Shown here: positions 43,501 to 56,084 of the stretch, piece by piece
Layout of the letters: the number at the start of each line of letters is the position of its first letter
Position numbering within the stretch: the stretch's first letter is position 1
Assembly: GCA_946965045.2 (NCBI GenBank)
Contig: OX337242.1
Span: 1,302,001 to 1,366,000 of the forward strand
From: Epithemia pelagica
Taxonomy: Eukaryota; Protista; Bacillariophyta
DNA: 64,000 bases
Reading direction: 5' to 3'
Position numbers and translations under genes: made by a program
Notes under the pieces: model-generated
Told to the model about the DNA's origin: nothing
The model's database searches: none
Seen by the model: the letters and a program-made list of their open reading frames with translations, nothing else

Positions 43501-44195
43501 GACTGCCCGGCGCGGGAGGTAGCATGACGACGAGGCCAGGCGAGGAGGGCGAGACAATTCGTTGTACAATACAATAGATATATTCTGTTTTCGTCCGAAG
43601 AAAAGTCTCAGATCGTAAAATCATTCGATGTACAACTCTAACATGAACGTTCGATGCAGACAACCGTGCAGGAAGGGAAACGGCCTTTCAAGAGGCCATC
43701 CAAGAGTTGTTCCATGACGGGACCTTGACAATTCAACTGCAGAATAGGTGGTGTATTAGAGAAAGAGAATGTGTGGGGTATAGAGTGGTAATAGGAAGAG
43801 AATGTGTGGGGTATAGAGAGAAATCCGGAACCGGCCGTGTGAGACATGTGTTTGTGGCGCGTGTAACCTGTGCATCCCAGCGACCGACCATCCCACTTTT
43901 TGTGTCGACAACCACAGTACTTCGACCAAAACAGATCGTGGGCGAACGTGGAACGTACCAAATCGCAATCGGATGGATCCATTCCACAATAATGCAAGAG
44001 CCTTAGAAATTGTTCCATGACAATCTGCAATTATCGAAACAAGCCCGGTCGGTTGCGACACACAGACAGAAAGCGTGTGAAAGTTTCGGATCGTCCTCCT
44101 TTGCGTATATTGTGCTCTATAATAGTTTGTTGGTTCCTCCAAGAAGACAATGGTGCATATAGTTTTTGCCACGACCGTATACCTCAAAAGAGCCG

Positions 44196-44528
<333 letters not shown>

Positions 44529-45428
44529 TCAGACAAGTGTTGGTCTCGTTGGATTCCGGTGGACCGCCCCAACAGTAGTGGTCCAATGAGAATAACAGGA
44601 CGACGGATGGAAGGAATCCAACCTGGGCCATCGTCGTTGTCGCTGCTGTCGTGGATGGGCGTGGATTGGTGCATCCACGACGAGTAGTGGCACAAAACAA
44701 CAACAAGTCGTCGTCGTCGTCCTTCTGGTCCAGGTACCTGTACCACACAGAATCATGTTGTTGTTGTTCTTCTTGTGCCATGATTCTGGTGGACTAGTAA
44801 GGATTCTCCTGTGGTATCCGGTGAATCCCCGAATAATACTCCTACTACTCGTCCAGCATGCGGCCATTGATTGGAGGAGTGGAGGAGTGCCGGAAAGACA
44901 TGACGCATGGTCCGTCTCCTTTGTTGTGGTGAAGAAGCACAAAAAGATCCCACAACAAAACGATTGCAATGGGCGGTCGAGAAATGGTTCCGAATCCACA
45001 CGAAACGCGACCTAGAAGCGTTTCCCAGAGTGCTAATAAGCGCCGGCCGGTCACCACGAGTGAGAGGGTCGGTCGCACAAACAGACATTCGGAAGAACAC
45101 CACGCACGCAGACACACAATGACAAAGAGAAAATGAGACAGCGCATTTCAAGAGCAGAACAACATGGCAATGACCCCTAAATGGGAAATGTGTTGTTGCA
45201 TTTCACGAAACAGCCACGACGACAAGGACAAGTGAAACGAAGTCTTTGTCACACCCTGTATTTTACGCCTGCGGAAGAAGAAGAAGAAGACGAACATCTG
45301 TCACAGTGTGGAAGCCATTCGTGACAACAACAGCAGCATCCATTGTGAGTTGCCTCTCGCTCCTCTCGGGTCGATCGTCGTCCTTGAGAACCACCACCAC
45401 AAGGCGAACCGCCGTGTGGCAGACCACC

Positions 45429-45668
45429 ATGGGGACAAAAATGACAATAACGGAGAAGCAATATGACTTGTCCATTCATTGGTTTCGCAATGGATTGCGT
45501 CTGCACGACAATCCCTCTCTATTGGCGGCCTGTCAATCGTCCCACTCCGTCTTGCCCTTGGTCGTGATTGATCCGGAAGCCCCCTTTGCACAAACGACGA
45601 ATCGTCGTGCCGGAATCCTGCGTGCCAATTTTGTCTTGGAAAGTTTGCACGCATTGAATACCCAACTG

Positions 45669-45699
<31 letters not shown>

Positions 45700-47702
45700 C
45701 GCAATTGTGTGTCGTTCTGGGAGATCCCCGAGAGGTTATTCCTCAAGTCGTGCAAGCCCTCAAGGCCCAAGCCTTGTTTTACGAAAAGGACATGGCCGCT
45801 CCCGTACGGGCCGTCGATCGACAAGTCCGTCAACACGTTCAGAAACTATCGTGTGACATTCGAGCCTTTGATTCTCAAACCTTGTTCCCCCTGGACACGT
45901 ATTTGAGCAACTGCAAACAACAGGTACGTCGTGGTTTGTCGTGTTTGGAAAGGCAAAAGCAACGATTCCCAATTGTGCAATAAAAGGATATACCAACACA
46001 GTCTTGTTTGTTTCAACCGGCATCTCTCAATCTCTCTCAATCCCTCGACAATGATGAGGATTGCAGGTCGCTCCATCCACCTATGGTGGCTTTACCAAGA
46101 TTTTTCAAAGCCTGACAGTCCCTCCCGAGGTGGAACCCGTGACCCAGCTGCCCCCTCCTCCGAGTCGGGACGTGTTGAGTTCCAAACTAGGGTTCCTCCT
46201 TCGTCGAGACTCTGACACTAGCAAGGAGAAGAATAATCCCTTTGCCATTCCATCCTTGACCGACTTGGGATATACTAGTGCGGAGCAGCGGGAGAATGGA
46301 TTGAAACACCGCGGCAAGGGTGGTATCGACTTTATGGGTGGAGAAACGGCCGGTCTACAACTTTTGGATACCATGATGCAACGTCATCAATGGGTCGCCA
46401 CGTTTGAAAAACCCAAGACGAGTCCCAATGCCTTGACGGTCGATACGACCGGCTTGAGTCCCTGTAAGTAACAAGCGAACCGAACGAATGCACCGCACCA
46501 TATATGTGAATGCGCCGTACGTCCCCTCATGTTGCTGGCGTTTTTCTTGTGTGTGTGTGCGTTTCCACTGTCTGTGAATATTCTAGATGTTAAACATGGC
46601 TGTGTGTCACCGCGTCGCTTTTTTCATGCCTTGTCGGCCGTCTATGCCAAATTCCCCGCCCGGGAACGATCCAAACCCCCCGTCTCCTTGCATGGTCAAC
46701 TCCTGTGGCGCGAATACAACTATCTCATGGGCTACAGTACCCCCAACTTTGATCAAATGGTGGACAATCCCGTGGCGCGTCAAATTCCCTGGGACGATGA
46801 TCCCGCCTTGCTCCAGGCCTGGCGGAATTCGCAAACGGGATATCCCTTTATCGATGCCATCATGACGCAACTACGGGAAACGGGATGGATTCATCATTTG
46901 GCACGACATGCTGTGGCATGCTTTTTGACCCGAGGGGATTTGTGGCAATCTTGGGTACGTGCAGCAGAAGTTCCTTTTCGCGTGTGTCAGTTGTCGTCTC
47001 ATTTTTGATTGCACAACACTCTGTCGTATCTCTCCTTGTACGTCACACACAGGAAAAGGGAGCAGAAGTATTTGAAGAATTGTTGATTGATGCTGATTGG
47101 AGTATTAACAATTTCAATTGGCAATGGCTGTCGTGTACCGCACACTTTTATCAGTACTTTCGCTGTTATAGCCCCGTGGCCTTTGGCAAAAAGACGGATC
47201 CGTAAGTATACCGCCGGACAGGCATGTTTGGCGTCGTCCTGTGGTCCCACTTGTTTTCATTACGACGCTTCTCACCACAAGCGTCTCACCACAAACAACA
47301 CCACAACAACAATAGGAACGGCGATTACATTCGCAAATGGCTCCCTCAATTCAAGAACATGCCCAAAGCTTTTATCTATACACCGTGGGAGGCACCTATT
47401 GAGGTACAACGAAAATGCGGTCTTGTCATTGGAAAGAATTATCCACCGCCCATTGTAAGTCTCATAGATAATGTCGTCGTCGTGGTTTGTTCTCGTTGGG
47501 TGCTATGATGGTTGACTCAATTTTCTGACGCTTTTTCTTTGAACGCCCCCAGGTGGATCACAGTGTCATTTCCAAGGCCAATATGGGCCGCATGAAACAA
47601 GCCTACGACCAACAAAACGGCGCCAACTCGGCTCCACAACCACCACCCGCTCCGAGGGCATCAGCACGAAACGAATCGGGCCGCAAACGACGGAGAACTT
47701 GA
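45429..47702 (+). CDS. CPF1: Cryptochrome / (6-4) photolyase family protein; exons 45429-45923, 46067-46463, 46587-46954, 47053-47201, 47316-47454, 47553-47702
   Basis: HWFRNGLRLHDNP, TGYPFIDAIMTQLRETGWIHHLARHAVACFLTRGDLW, DADWSINNFNWQWLSC and GDYIRKWLP. Five GT-AG introns restore the frame; basic RKRRR tail. The start codon is tentative. Confidence 0.9.
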
Positions 47703-48259
47703 CGACACAACACAATGATGAGTCAATGCGCGCGCAAGTATCTACCTAGATAGATAACACAGGTTATGAAAGGATTGCAAACCATCATACCCACAACACA
47801 AATACAATGGAAAGACTCGAACCCTGATATTGGGCTGAGGAAACGGGAGGTGAGTGTGTATAGCAAATAGCACATGAGTGAGGTTGTCTAGAGTAAGTTT
47901 GTCAACTACGGGCTATATCTCTATTCCACGAGTAGTCTCTAATCCACGAGTAGTAGGCGCACAACTTCCGTCCTTCTTACTTGAGGGTGGCATCAATGAT
48001 GAAGATTATTGAAACAAAAAGTGTTCTTGCTGGACCTCGGGTTGTCGATGATGCATGCGAGGCACTCGGGATTCCTCGTCATCCCACTGACGGTGGTGTG
48101 AAAATGTAGAAGACTGACCGGGACAACGTGGATGTTAAGCGTTTCGTCTTGGACAATCAGCACGAACACCTTAGTAACACCACACACGTATTCGTGCTTC
48201 GTGATCTTCCGTCGTTGAGTTTCAAAAAGATTCTTCCTCACACTTCCTCACCTTCGAAC

Positions 48260-50855
48260 CTAGTTCTCCTCCTCCTCCTCCTCGGTGTCACGGAGTTGAA
48301 ATGTGGATATGGTCGGTTCCAACATTTCACGAAACCAAACACGGGCGTGCTTGTATTCGGGAATAGGGAATTCTGCAGTAGGCGGTACGCGGAAGCTACA
48401 CGCCATGATGCGATCACCTAGAGATATTTTTGCCGATGGATGCTGTTGCTGTAACCTTGTCTCCAACAGACTGCGCAGGGCCTCCAGACCAGTGTAAGAG
48501 TATCCAGCTTTACCAACTTTGGGGCTGAAATCGCTGTTTTGAAATGAAATTCCGAGGGATGCCCACCAGGATTTAATTTTTTCGGCACTCGCCACTGTCC
48601 TTTGATGTTTGCATTGAATCTTCACTAGCTCACCGGTCTTGTTTTTGTTGTCGAAAAGAAGAGCAAGGACATCCCCACCTTGCGCAGAAGCTGTTCCTTG
48701 GGAAAAGACAATGCACTCCCGACCATCTTCTTGTCCGATGGAAAGGTTAGGTAGCCCCATCTCCGATTGCTTTGCTAGCTTCTCTTTCAGATCCTTGATA
48801 ACCGCGGCGGTAATATTGTCATCACGTTTGTTGGACATGGGTGGCCATGCATACCGCAGCGTGACACGCCGCGAACGATATCCGTGGATTTCCATTAAAT
48901 GCTGGTAATGTAAAGCGGTCAACTCTTCCAACTCATTGCCAAATGAGGGTCGGATAGGACAGGTTAAACCAAAACAGGACATGTATTTGAGAGCTGCTGA
49001 GGTACCCGACTTGACAGCAAGGCCCACTTTGAAGATCTCGTTTGAAGGCTTCCTGAGGTTTTTCACTTTCTCTAGCTCAATCTGTCGAATTCTCGAGACA
49101 GATGCGTGTTCTCTCAGTGGTGGTCCAATCGCCGTCGATAGATGATACACAAAGGATTCTTTCAACAACTCATCACGCCTCTGTGAGGACAAGTCACCCA
49201 CAATATTCTGGGCGACAGAGGAACCTGACCCCGTAATCCATGAGTGGGCCAAACGATGCGATTGCCTTCAATCTTTCCTCGTAACATCTTGTCTTCGCTT
49301 GAGGATCAAAGTCACCGTCGACTGAGTGAAAACCTTGCCGAAGAACGGGGAGGATCCCTCTAAAGAGCATTCTTGCGTTGGTCTGGAGAACTCGAGAGAA
49401 CAGCCCGTTGGATACTGCCCGACTTACTTCTGGTTTTATCACGCTTGTCTTTTCAAGATGCTGCAGATCTGGTCCTTTCATTCGAATTAGCCTGCTATAG
49501 GCAGGGTTTGTTCCTACCTGATTGCCATCACGGATTAAATCCAAACCAGTGCCCACCAGGACAAGAATGATCTGTTCCTTGACTAAATCATCCATCTCGC
49601 GGTACGTCTGCCTCACAGTGTCAATCAAGCCCTCGACCAGATCAATATCCGTTGCCTCATCAAGAATCAGTGCAACCTTACTTGGCAATGCATCACTCGA
49701 CCAACAACCCTCGCTCCATGATCGGGCGTTTGCATCGCCTTCACAAAATTTCTTGAAAGCTTGTTCGAGAATCTCCCTCGCCCAGTTGTTTCGTGATACG
49801 TTTAGCTTGGTCTTCAAGCTATAGATGACATCAATATGATTGCTGCTCTTTTCTTTGTGAACGTTTAGGACCCCCTGCAAAAACTTATGTATGTGTGGAA
49901 ACTCGCTTTCTGGTTTCCTGGCGTAGACCTCGGAAACATCGGTCCTCTTACCCTCTCCTTTCTCCTCCTTCTCGCTTTCTTCGTCCCCTTTCTTGTCCTC
50001 TCTCTCATTCTCCCTTTGGTTTTTCCGCAAGCGTAGCAACATGTATATTGGGACAAAACCACGCTCCATTGATTCAAGGCAAGAAAAGACAGATTTACCA
50101 CTGCCGCTTTCTCCGGCCACCACCAACGCATACGATTTGTCTTGTTGGATGTTGCTGTCTAGATTGTCAAATTCATTGACGCCATGAACTTGTACGTATT
50201 CCCTTCTTGTGGGGAGAACGCCGTTCTTATCGCTATCTTGGATAGGTTGGAGCTGCGCCTCGCAAAATTTCTTGAATTCGTCCCTGTTTCCCTTGATTCG
50301 GCCTAGTTTCTTGTCGGCGGTGTACATGGTGTACTCGTTTCTGTCTTGGTAGAAGACAATATTTTGTCTTCTAACGTCTTCACCGCTCCGAAAAGAGACT
50401 ATCAGTTGCAGTTCTTTTCCTTCGACAGTCGAATCGGTTGCCGCCGCCAAAAGTTCAGCGGCTGACCCATAATCCTTTGCTTTAAAAATATGTTCCCCGT
50501 CAACAAGAACGGAATCCAGATTCATCCACTTTTTATCCTCCACCAGAGCATTCAACACATATGCTAGAAACTCTGGGTAACTCAAGGGTTGGTCGACGTT
50601 TGCTTTGCTGTGAACATTTACGTCACTGTCACTGGCACTGCTGCAGCTGCTGCTGTTGCCCTCATTGTCGATGCTACGACTATCGATAACATTGGCAATG
50701 TCGGCGTCTGGATTTCGAATCAATTTTTCCAGCAAGGAATACTCGTCGCCACTGAGGAGTGCTTGCGCAGCATCAAGCTCTTTTTTCAGTGCCCCTGATT
50801 CTTTATCTAGTTCTTCCAAACGTTGCCTCTTGATAGGACGGTTCCCGTCCTGCAT
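48260..50855 (-). pseudogene. Second Crinkler-type NTPase + nuclease gene with a one-base frameshift near 49220
   Basis: ATG 50855; Walker A VAGESGSGKS, Walker B LILDEATD. The frame shifts after MDYGVRF into VAQNIVGDL...; the distal part has GGDVLAL...IQCKH (D...QxK nuclease-like). No usable intron at the junction. Confidence 0.65.
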
Positions 50856-52703
50856 GGTTGTCTGAATAAAGGTGGTTTTGTTGGTTTTGATAGAGAAGGG
50901 GGGTTGGGGGTTGGTGTTCGTACACAAAATAGTACGAATCATGGTAGGATTTGGACCTACAAGAACAAGAAAAGGCATGGCGTCTGGGACCAAGACCAAA
51001 GGCAATATCAGAGATATAATGCTTCTTGCTGAGTTTTGGTCGGGTGAGCAGGAACACACACTCTCAAACTTAAGATCTGTCGAATGGATTGGTCCATACC
51101 GAACAAAAACGATTCTGCGGCTTTCCCCCGAATTTTAGATTGCCCTTCAAGACATGGATAAAAAAAGTGGACCAATTGTACCAAAACAAAGACACTCGGC
51201 ACCGTCGTCAAGAGAGACAAAACTTATCAGAGTGGGGCAATGTATGAGACAATTGCTCCCATGGTCAAGATCCAATCTGCAACCATTGATTATAGCTGCA
51301 CCCTTTGTCCGAACAAACAAGAAATAATAAATCGTGAGCGGTGGACGCATTATTATTTCAATCACACACGATCCTTGTCAAAGCACAACGCAGAGATGGA
51401 ATACAATGATATCTCACCAGTGGAAAGAATTCCCCGTTCGGACACTTGTTTCACCGTGTGCATCCAAAAAGTCTCCTCGCTTCATTCTTGGCCGTAAAAT
51501 CTACAAACCGACTTTTTGCCTCCACAACAGTCCTCACCGTCTCTCCACAAAAGCACAGATGGATCCTTGTCCTGCATGCACAAAGGGAACAAGACCACCC
51601 CCCTGTTCTATTACCAAGCTCCCAGACGTCATGAAAGAAAGAAAGATCGCTTTAATGGATGGAATGCCAGAGCTCTATCCAGACTATCTATATACTCCCA
51701 AGGCGGAGAGTGCTTTGGTTCCGAGTAAGACTGCTGAACTGTCATGAGTCTCATTGCCTCAATCAAGATAACTCCTGCTAACTCTCACGCTTTCGTTGAA
51801 CATTTCCTGGACGCTTCCAGTTCTTGTTCCATGTACCATCATGGCGTGCGTTCACAAGCACCTCATGCTCGAGGTATCTGGGTACAATCCATACAGGTTT
51901 CGCTGAGGAGACGGGCAACACTCTCAAATACAAACCATGTCGGGTTGTGCGCCGTAGACATGTGATTTGCTTTAGAAAAGATTAAGGACACATGCGTCCA
52001 GGCTCCAACCTCGTCTCTCACACGATCGCGGTGATTCGGGCACACGAAACGGGTTTGCTATCATTACTTTTTCTCTCATTCATTCTTGGGGACACAGTTT
52101 TAGTGACCGAGAATTTGAGTTGAGAAACGAATCCGTCCCTACAGCTTCAAACGGCTGATTCGAATCTCCGAAGCTGGATGCAAGAGGGGAACTCTTTGGG
52201 ACAATGTCTTGGTGGGTGGAACACGTATGGACAGGACGTTCTGCCGTGATGTTCCTTCCTGCCAACTAGAAGACAGGACATGAGACACTTCTTGTTTGTG
52301 AGCACTGTGGATGCATCAAGTCCTGACTCAAAACTCTAGACCAGTGCGGCGTTTTATACGACCAGAAACCACACAACAATCCAGAAACCGCCATACTCCA
52401 AAGATGATGAGACAAATTGGAAAAGTATCCATCTGTATTCGTCATTTGAAGGAAAAGAGTTTGTAGATGTCGATTGCTAGGAGCTCTATCCTCTCTTGTT
52501 GTCGAACTCAACTACTCCTTGGAACTACTCCTACGAATACAATAGATTGACAAAATTTTTGTGAGCACGAAGACGACGGGCTTAAGGATAAAGGGTTAGT
52601 AAGCCCCAACCAAATTTTATCCCCGCAAAGATTCGCCATTAGAGGTCCGCAGAAACAAGGACAGCAGACAGACTAATCCTTAACCTCAACGTACCAACTC
52701 CAC

Positions 52704-52749
52704 CGCCTGTCACACCTTTGTACACGCCTGTCACACCTTGTACACGCCT
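52704..52749. repeat. Subterminal ~20-bp direct repeat of the MULE
   Basis: cgcctgtcacacct(t)tgtaca occurs twice plus a partial copy, just inside the left IR. Confidence 0.75.
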
Positions 52750-52853
52750 AAGTAATCGTCAAAGAAATAACCGTTCTCTTTCAAATCTGAAAGTCTTCAG
52801 ATCGGCATTGGAAGATATTTCGCTATTGCATTCAATTCATTGAGTATCTAGCC

Positions 52854-55800
52854 ATGGACGACAACAACAACGATGGAATGCTACATGATCAAATTCATCA
52901 ACAGTTGGATCGATACTTCAACTCCTTAGAAACAGAATGGACTTCTCCAATGACCTTTGCAATGCACACTGGTGATGATTGCATATGCAACCAAACAACA
53001 AGTTGCTTTGACATTTGCGCTTTCATTGGATGGGGCCCTCAAGCGGAGCACGTCAAAGGGAACTTCGCATATTTCTGTCGAACAGCATACCCTCCATGTA
53101 CAAACCCAAGCAATATATTCGATGAAAATGGGTCCTATTTGAAGCTAAAAGCTGATATCTCCAAAACTGCGATGTGTGGAGGATTTTCTATTGTCTCCAA
53201 TGGTACATCACACAAAAAGGCGTTGGCCACTCGCAAGGCTTTCCCTAAAGGAAGTGAACCTCCGTACATGCAACGTACCTTCACTTGTGACCGCTACCGT
53301 CGCTATACCAACAAACGGAAGCGAGTATCTGTGGGAGACCCCAACATGGAACACCGTAAGGTTTCACTTCACAATGACAAGAAAGGCAACAGTAGGGGGG
53401 TTGATGGCAAAAAGGGACCAAGAAAAAACGTGACAACACGTGCATTACAAAATGAAGACACATGCTCCTTTCGCTTTGATATATTTGTCGATATGTATGG
53501 CTTTTATGTCAAGCGTAGTTCTGGATCTGTCACCCACTGTAATCATATGAAGCGGTTGCCTGCAGATATTCCAATAAAACTTCGTCATTTGACGTCAGAA
53601 CAGAGACGGCGTACAGCTGAACTTGGTAAAGCCCTGACTCGTCCAGCTAATGGTCGAAACTTCTTCCATGCAAATCACGATCTCACACTGACTCCACAAC
53701 AACTTCGGTATGCATTTCACAACTTTGCATCAGATTCAAAATATCACTATAATGGTATTGAAGTAGGTGCTGGAGCAATTGTTGAATGGTTGCGATCAAC
53801 ACCAGACATAAGTTACTGCATATGGGGGGCAAAACCTCCTAATGTCGTAAACGCTCAGGTCCAGCGACAAGCTGGCTTAATCTTCAGTGAAAACCAGGTC
53901 GATTGTGGAGTGAGAGATATATCAGACCTTACTAATTTTTGTCAGGAAGTTCTTCAAGAATACACTGCTGATATGGAAAATTTAGGTCTACAAGAAAACC
54001 AGCATTTCTTCATCGCTTGTGCATGGATCACCAACAAGGAAAAGAGAATGTTCCGCTTATTCCCTCATGTCCTCAAGATTGATGTTACAGAGGGAACAAA
54101 CAAGGAGTCACGACCACTTCTTACAGTTTCTATCCGATCCACCTTTGGGAAATATATTATAATTCTGCGGATGTTTCTACGTGATCAGCGTCAGGGAACT
54201 TTCCGATGGGTATTTTCCTTTGCCCTGCCAAAACTTCTTGGAGATCAATGGACATCCCAAATTCAAAGTGTCATAACCGATGGTGACTCACATGAGATTG
54301 TTGAACTTGAAGAGGCCTGTCGTCGTTACATGCCAAATTGCTTTCGTGTTCGTTGTGGGTGGCATATTGTTCATAAGGGATGGTTACGACATTGCTCATT
54401 CGGGAATGCCATTGACTCAACGTACATTCGACAATACAAACTGTTTTGCTACACTGTGAAACAGTGGTGTTACACGTTCATGTACCCAAGATATTGTGAA
54501 AATGAAAATGAGTTGGTGATATCGAAGTGCCTGCTCTTGGCCTACATTCATTCACGGCAGGTTCGAAAGTTCCTTCCAGACAACTTACGTTGGAAGGTGC
54601 AAAACTTTTTGATTGGGTATGTTTTTATTCACGATCGACAACTTGTGCACTATTACAGACAAAATCTTCGTCATTATGAAGAGTGCACTAACAGCAGTCA
54701 CGAAGGTACGAACTGTGGTATCAAAGAGCACTCAGCTCCAGTTTTACCAGGTGGAACAGTCCAAGGCAATGCAGCGTTGTTGAAGTTTCAATCAGACATT
54801 CTAATCAATTCACAATTACGTCTCGCAGCAACGCGAGTCGAAGCTAAATCTGTTTGGATGAAGGAGAATCTCCTACCACTCAACGGAATGGTAACTGAAT
54901 TGTGCCATGATTTAGTCCACAATGCATGGACGCGCCGTGACAAATATGCAATTCGACGTGATAGATCATCACCATGGAACTGGCATGTCAAAGTGGTAGA
55001 TACCAACTGTTTGGATACAGAGAAGAAACGCCTTCATCCAGTATGGCATCGTACAAGAACGGTAACATTGGATTCTTCTGGGCGTTTGTTGTGTTCCTGC
55101 GGTACGTTTCAAAGGTGTGGTTACCCATGTTTGCATCAAGCCGCAGTACTGTGTTTTGAATGCCGGGACTACCAAGGCTTCACCCATCACAATGTGAGTA
55201 TTGTGTGGTGGAAGAAATACGTTTTCTTTGGCTTTCGCAATGAGAACAATGATACTGAGAATGCTCTAAATGATTGTTTGAAAGAACTATTAACAAATGA
55301 TATTACTGGACCAAAGTTACCATTTGACACGGGACCAACATGGTGTGAGAAAGAGGAATGGTGCTACTGCCCAACCGGTTTTGATTTGCCGGATTGGGAA
55401 ACTGAAGCATGCCTGAATTATTCGCAAGAACAAATAACAAGAGCCCTCACAACATTTTCTGGTTTCTTTAACTACACTGAAAATGTACCTTTGGACCAAG
55501 ACAACCTGACACAGGAGTCGTTTACTGCTCCGGATGGGATAAATCCACAATATGGGCGCTCAATGCCTTCACTTCAAGGAGTCAGGGATAATCCATGCCC
55601 AAGTGATAGTGAATCTCTCCAAGACGACAATGTATCTCATGATGAGTCTAATCGTGGCCTTGAAAACGACACAATTGACAATGTTGATGAAGGAATTGGG
55701 GACATATTTGTTGATGATACTGATGATGCAACTGATCTCCACACAAAATGTGATGAGGTGTATGGCAAAGCATTAGCGCCCAATTCATTTGTTCAACTAA

Positions 55801-56039
55801 TGAGAGAAGAGTTGAACGAAATCAAGAAACTGTGCCGTTCAGCGAATTACAATAATAATGGAGTGGATTTGATGAAACCACTTGTTTGTCTGCGTGAATT
55901 AACAAGATCAATCCGCAAGGACATGGCTACTCGAAGTAATCATAATCATGGGCAAGAGTGGGTTTCTTCGAATTCAGAGCATTCCCGCCATTGCCGTAGA
56001 TTCCGCGGTGCTAGATTGGGGTTAACCAAATTTGATTGA
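52854..56039 (+). CDS. MULE DDE transposase with SWIM zinc finger
   Basis: Intact 1061-aa ORF. KIDVTEGTN (D, ~54081), ITDGD (D, ~54279), CGWH (CxxH), SHEGTN (E, ~54702), and SWIM CSC..CGYPCLH (~55092-55136). Confidence 0.9.
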   Translation: MDDNNNDGMLHDQIHQQLDRYFNSLETEWTSPMTFAMHTGDDCICNQTTSCFDICAFIGWGPQAEHVKGNFAYFCRTAYPPCTNPSNIFDENGSYLKLKADISKTAMCGGFSIVSNGTSHKKALATRKAFPKGSEPPYMQRTFTCDRYRRYTNKRKRVSVGDPNMEHRKVSLHNDKKGNSRGVDGKKGPRKNVTTRALQNEDTCSFRFDIFVDMYGFYVKRSSGSVTHCNHMKRLPADIPIKLRHLTSEQRRRTAELGKALTRPANGRNFFHANHDLTLTPQQLRYAFHNFASDSKYHYNGIEVGAGAIVEWLRSTPDISYCIWGAKPPNVVNAQVQRQAGLIFSENQVDCGVRDISDLTNFCQEVLQEYTADMENLGLQENQHFFIACAWITNKEKRMFRLFPHVLKIDVTEGTNKESRPLLTVSIRSTFGKYIIILRMFLRDQRQGTFRWVFSFALPKLLGDQWTSQIQSVITDGDSHEIVELEEACRRYMPNCFRVRCGWHIVHKGWLRHCSFGNAIDSTYIRQYKLFCYTVKQWCYTFMYPRYCENENELVISKCLLLAYIHSRQVRKFLPDNLRWKVQNFLIGYVFIHDRQLVHYYRQNLRHYEECTNSSHEGTNCGIKEHSAPVLPGGTVQGNAALLKFQSDILINSQLRLAATRVEAKSVWMKENLLPLNGMVTELCHDLVHNAWTRRDKYAIRRDRSSPWNWHVKVVDTNCLDTEKKRLHPVWHRTRTVTLDSSGRLLCSCGTFQRCGYPCLHQAAVLCFECRDYQGFTHHNVSIVWWKKYVFFGFRNENNDTENALNDCLKELLTNDITGPKLPFDTGPTWCEKEEWCYCPTGFDLPDWETEACLNYSQEQITRALTTFSGFFNYTENVPLDQDNLTQESFTAPDGINPQYGRSMPSLQGVRDNPCPSDSESLQDDNVSHDESNRGLENDTIDNVDEGIGDIFVDDTDDATDLHTKCDEVYGKALAPNSFVQLMREELNEIKKLCRSANYNNNGVDLMKPLVCLRELTRSIRKDMATRSNHNHGQEWVSSNSEHSRHCRRFRGARLGLTKFD

Positions 56040-56084
56040 ATAAAGTAACAATTGATCAATTAATAAATTTTATTTTACCTATAT

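Noticed and set aside
43105-44190. Possible transposase or gene remnant right of the MITE
   Set aside because: Only short ORFs with no recognisable motif, so I could not support any call.
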